DNA from: Roseibacillus sp.
GTDB lineage: Bacteria; Verrucomicrobiota; Verrucomicrobiia; Verrucomicrobiales; Akkermansiaceae
DNA: 53,243 nucleotides
NCBI GenBank assembly: GCA_965242925.1
Contig: CBDEUM010000017.1
Span: 1 to 53,243, forward strand
Direction of reading: 5' to 3'
The translations under genes were made by a program, and so were the position numbers. Below are positions 49,808 through 53,243 of the stretch, in pieces; the first letter of the stretch is position 1, and every line of letters begins with the position of its first letter. The notes below the pieces were generated by a model. It saw only the letters and a list, made by a program, of their open reading frames with translations. It ran no database searches and was not told where the DNA came from.

Positions 49808-50974
49808 AGTAACCTCTGGCGCACGGTCGTGCGCACCGACAGCAACCTCGCCCGGCGCAGCTTCCGCTTTTCCGAGGAATGGAGGCGCCGCACCGGGGAT
49901 GCCCCGCTCACCCCGCAGATTGACCGACGCCTGCAGGGAGGCCGGGAGGAAGACGGCCGCTATGTCGTCCATTCCCTGAGCGGAATGGAGCGCAACCACT
50001 TCTTCATGAACCGGGACGGAAAAAAATTCTCCGATCTCTCGCTGATTTCCGGGATCGACAATCCGGCGGACAGCCGCGGATTCGTCCTGCTCGATTACGA
50101 TCACGACGGCTGGCAGGACCTCGCCCTGGTGAACGCCAACGAACCGCTCTTCAACATCTACCGGAATCAGACGGGCGAGGCTGAAGGAAAGGCGGACCAC
50201 CATGTCATTGCGATTCGCTTCGAGGGCGGAGCCCGAGGAGAGGCCAGCCCCAACGAGAACTACGCTTGCCGCGACGGATATGGCGCCTTGGTCACCGCCG
50301 ACCTGGGTGACCTGACGATCAAGCGCGAACATCGCTGCGGAGAGGGCTTCAGCGTGCAGAACAGCCGCACCATGGTGATTGGGATCGGCTCACGCGAAAT
50401 GGTTCCCTCCCTCACGGTTCGGTGGCCATCAGGCAAGACAACCACCCGGGAGAACGTGGCAGCCGGCACCCTTCTCATCGCCTACGAAAATCCCACCCAC
50501 TCGGGCGCCAGCACGCAGTTCACGCTGAGCAACTACCACGATGTTGTGCCGCGGAAGCAGGCCCCCGTCCCTCTCACCAGCTTTCCGATCACGGAGCCCG
50601 ACGCCACCGCACCCATTCGGGTCTACACCACGATGGCCACCTGGTGTGTGGCATGTCAGTCGCATCTCCCGCAGCTCCAGGCCCTGAAGAACGGACTGGG
50701 TGAAGGGGCCGCTCTCATCGGCATTCCGATCGACCCGGACGATAACGCCAAGATGCTCACCGAGTACGCCGAGGAGTGGAAGCCTGCCTATCGCATCCGC
50801 GCCGACCTGGAATCCGATGCGCGCGCCGCAGTGACAACATTTCTTGCCAGGCAATCCGGCGAAGAGGCCGCCCTGCCCTCCACCATCATCACGAATGCGG
50901 AAGGCAAAGTCCTCAAGGTGATGTCCGGCGTGCCGGATGTCTCCATGGTTCGCAAACTCGCGGCTGGTCCCTGA
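49808..50974 (+). CDS. FG-GAP/ASPIC-UnbV protein, segment 3 (same frame as segment 2): last FG-GAP repeat, ASPIC/UnbV domain, TlpA-like thioredoxin domain with WCVAC
   Basis: SNLWRTVVRTD, SLSGMERNHFF, DSRGFVLLDYDHDGWQDL, RDGYGALV, GEGFSVQNS, VRWPSG, TMATWCVAC and LPSTII. Confidence 0.85.
   Translation, partial: SNLWRTVVRTDSNLARRSFRFSEEWRRRTGDAPLTPQIDRRLQGGREEDGRYVVHSLSGMERNHFFMNRDGKKFSDLSLISGIDNPADSRGFVLLDYDHDGWQDLALVNANEPLFNIYRNQTGEAEGKADHHVIAIRFEGGARGEASPNENYACRDGYGALVTADLGDLTIKREHRCGEGFSVQNSRTMVIGIGSREMVPSLTVRWPSGKTTTRENVAAGTLLIAYENPTHSGASTQFTLSNYHDVVPRKQAPVPLTSFPITEPDATAPIRVYTTMATWCVACQSHLPQLQALKNGLGEGAALIGIPIDPDDNAKMLTEYAEEWKPAYRIRADLESDARAAVTTFLARQSGEEAALPSTIITNAEGKVLKVMSGVPDVSMVRKLAAGP
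49819..49834 (+). promoter_or_regulatory. Putative bacterial SECIS hairpin
   Basis: gcgcac-GGTC-gtgcgc: 6-bp stem with a G-first tetraloop whose first base is 18 nt after the TGA. Confidence 0.65.
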
Positions 50975-50979
50975 TCAGA

Positions 50980-53243
50980 TCAACGGGCCTGGACGCGCAA
51001 CCGGGAGAAGAAGCGCTCTCCGAGGCCTCCCGCAGGGTTCAGTCGCACCGTCGTGAGCGCCCGGCCATCTCCGAGATTGACCACGCTGACTACCACCGCC
51101 TCCGCTCCGGCAGCCTGCCAGGATTGCAGGTCGTTGGAGTAGTCGATCTCGATGGTCGCCCCGTCCGCGGCGATACTGACGGGATAGCTCAGGGTCGGCA
51201 GGGAGAGTATCTGTCCCTCGATATCGTAGTCCTGCATGGTGAAGGTCGCCTGAAGAGGACCTGCGCCGAGACCATTTCCAAACGCGTAGTCGAGAAGATC
51301 CGTAATCCCATTGCCATCCGCATCGCCCAACGGGTTTACGGGCAGTGGAAGTGCGTCCGTGTCATTCGGATTGCCATCCGGGAGCAGGCTCGCGCGCCAA
51401 CTCGCAGGGTCATCCGGATCCGGGCTGGTCTCGGGCGCGATGAGGACGATGCTGTTTCCGAGCCCGTCCGCTTCCTCGGGCCACGGGGCGAGGTCGTTGT
51501 AGCGAAACTCCGCGATCGTGCCGTTGAGAGCGTCCTCCAGTTTCACAGTGTCGCCGCCGTTGTTGAGAGCGCTCATATTCGCAAACACGCCGGCCACCGG
51601 CAGACCGATGCCGTGCACGCCTTCGAAGGCGGCGAGATTGCGGACCACGAGAACCCTCGCGCCAGGAGGCAGGCTGGTCACCGCACTGCCGGAGAAGTCG
51701 AACTGGATTCCTGCCGTGAAGCGAACATTGGTGAGATCGAGGGTAATCGAATCGCTGATGTTGATGAGTTCAATGAACTCGGTCAGCTCGCTTCCGAGTG
51801 GATGATACATGATCTCGGTGATCCGGAGGTAGAGCTGCGCATCCGAGGGATTGCCTACGTAGGTAGTCGCACTGATCTCGTTGCCGGCGGAATCCGAAAG
51901 GGTGACGGTCTCGCCGAAGCTGGAAAGGTGCCCCTCGTATGCGCCCTGCACGAAGAGGCCCTCGCCGCCCTTGGGACCCTGAGTGCGGGCGCGGAAGGCG
52001 GTGACATCGGGGCTGACGTAAAGCGAACTGCCCGCCGGGATGACGGTCCCGCCCTGGAAGGTAAACTCGATCCCGCCATCCAACTTCCAGTCCGAGATGT
52101 CGACCGCGATGCCGTTCGGATTGGTCAACTCGATGTACTCCTCGTCCTGGTTGCCCGAGGGAGGCGCAAACTCAAGCGCTCCGAAGTTGACGATCGGTTC
52201 GCCGGGAGGTCCCACTAACTGGGTCCCGCCGTAAAGTTCGGGCCTGATGATCATGTCGCTGCTCCCGGTGCCTTGGTTGAGACCATGAATGGCGAGGATA
52301 TTCTGCCCGGTCTTCAGGGCGCCGAGGTGCTGCGTAATGTTGTAGATGTCGAAGCTCCCGGCATTGGCCTCGTGGCTGGCGTTGAGGGCCGCCGAGTTCC
52401 AGGTCACCGTCCCCGGTGCGTTGTCGGCCTGGACCACCGTGCCATTGATGAAGGCCACGAACCCGTCGTCCCACTGCATGCGCAATTCGAGGCTGTCGAA
52501 GGCACTGGGATCCGCCACGTTGAAGGGGATGCGGATGTAGATGCTGTTGTTGCTCCTCATCTGCGTATTGACGTCGGTGCCGATCAGGGATTGGTAACCA
52601 CTGGTGCGCTCGTAGCCGATTCCGGTGGTCCCTGCGATCCAACCGGAGGTGTCGAAGGGCTCGAAGGCCGCGAGTCCGATCCAGGCAAGTCCCAGGCTGT
52701 TGTCGGAGGGGACAAAAGCATGCGAAGGCGCGGGGGCCTCTACCAGGGGAGTAAGCTGGAACGAGGCCGCACCGGTCTGCGGCAGGGGAATCTCCCCACC
52801 GTTGCCGACCGTCTGGTTGTTGTATATCTCGTTGCGCCGCGCCGGAAGGTACTCGTTCTTCCAGCGCAGGACGGCCTCCGCCATCGACTCCACCGCGGGA
52901 TTGGTATTCGTGTGGGAAACCGGCGAACCGCTGCCCTGGAGCCACGATCCCCACTTGACAAAATCGCGCTGGGCATCCGAGGGGACGATCGAGGGCGGAT
53001 CGATGAGGGCCGATTGCTCATCCAGTCGCCGCTCGTACCAGCGTTCGGCGAGAGGGGTGCCCGGCTCCTGGAGATAGCGGTCTGAGAGCGTCCGCATCCT
53101 CCGCAGGATCATGGATCGCATCGCGGAATTGCCGAACATGTGGGAGACCAATCGGATCGAGCTTCCAGTCACCACGAGACCATGGGAGTATAGATTGTTG
53201 TCGAAGTAGGTGTTTTGGGAGTTCCAGACGCGACCGCCGGAGA
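50980..53243 (-). CDS. Large CotH/lamin-tail-domain secreted protein, C-terminal part (5' end outside the window)
   Basis: Frame is open to the window edge; LRRMRTLSD (end of CotH region), WDDGFVAFING, EEYIELTN, LRITEIMYHP and WPEEADG; terminal FFSRLRVQAR. Confidence 0.85.
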   Translation of the reverse strand, partial: SGGRVWNSQNTYFDNNLYSHGLVVTGSSIRLVSHMFGNSAMRSMILRRMRTLSDRYLQEPGTPLAERWYERRLDEQSALIDPPSIVPSDAQRDFVKWGSWLQGSGSPVSHTNTNPAVESMAEAVLRWKNEYLPARRNEIYNNQTVGNGGEIPLPQTGAASFQLTPLVEAPAPSHAFVPSDNSLGLAWIGLAAFEPFDTSGWIAGTTGIGYERTSGYQSLIGTDVNTQMRSNNSIYIRIPFNVADPSAFDSLELRMQWDDGFVAFINGTVVQADNAPGTVTWNSAALNASHEANAGSFDIYNITQHLGALKTGQNILAIHGLNQGTGSSDMIIRPELYGGTQLVGPPGEPIVNFGALEFAPPSGNQDEEYIELTNPNGIAVDISDWKLDGGIEFTFQGGTVIPAGSSLYVSPDVTAFRARTQGPKGGEGLFVQGAYEGHLSSFGETVTLSDSAGNEISATTYVGNPSDAQLYLRITEIMYHPLGSELTEFIELINISDSITLDLTNVRFTAGIQFDFSGSAVTSLPPGARVLVVRNLAAFEGVHGIGLPVAGVFANMSALNNGGDTVKLEDALNGTIAEFRYNDLAPWPEEADGLGNSIVLIAPETSPDPDDPASWRASLLPDGNPNDTDALPLPVNPLGDADGNGITDLLDYAFGNGLGAGPLQATFTMQDYDIEGQILSLPTLSYPVSIAADGATIEIDYSNDLQSWQAAGAEAVVVSVVNLGDGRALTTVRLNPAGGLGERFFSRLRVQAR

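Overview
GC-rich bacterial chromosome segment, most likely from a Verrucomicrobia/PVC organism. This is inferred from PEP-CTERM proteins, DUF1549/DUF1553 + DUF1501 pairs, CotH/lamin-tail giants and FG-GAP/ASPIC-UnbV. The left ~31.8 kb is accessory DNA lying 3' of a minus-strand tRNA-Tyr(GTA). A degenerate copy of the tRNA 3' half at 7281-7333 delimits a ~24.6 kb island with no visible integrase, and the region carries nested direct repeats and gene scars. The right part is mostly housekeeping (fbaA, pterin dehydratase, L,D-transpeptidase, LysE, acnA, rapA, rhodanese, TraR/DksA). The most notable observation is a membrane-anchored FG-GAP/ASPIC-UnbV protein with a C-terminal CxxC thioredoxin-like domain. 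It is interrupted by an in-frame TGA (49805-49807) followed by a hairpin fitting the bacterial SECIS model, making it a candidate selenoprotein. Several genes carry 1-2 nt indels that look like sequencing or assembly errors. All family calls come from motif recognition; no database search was run.
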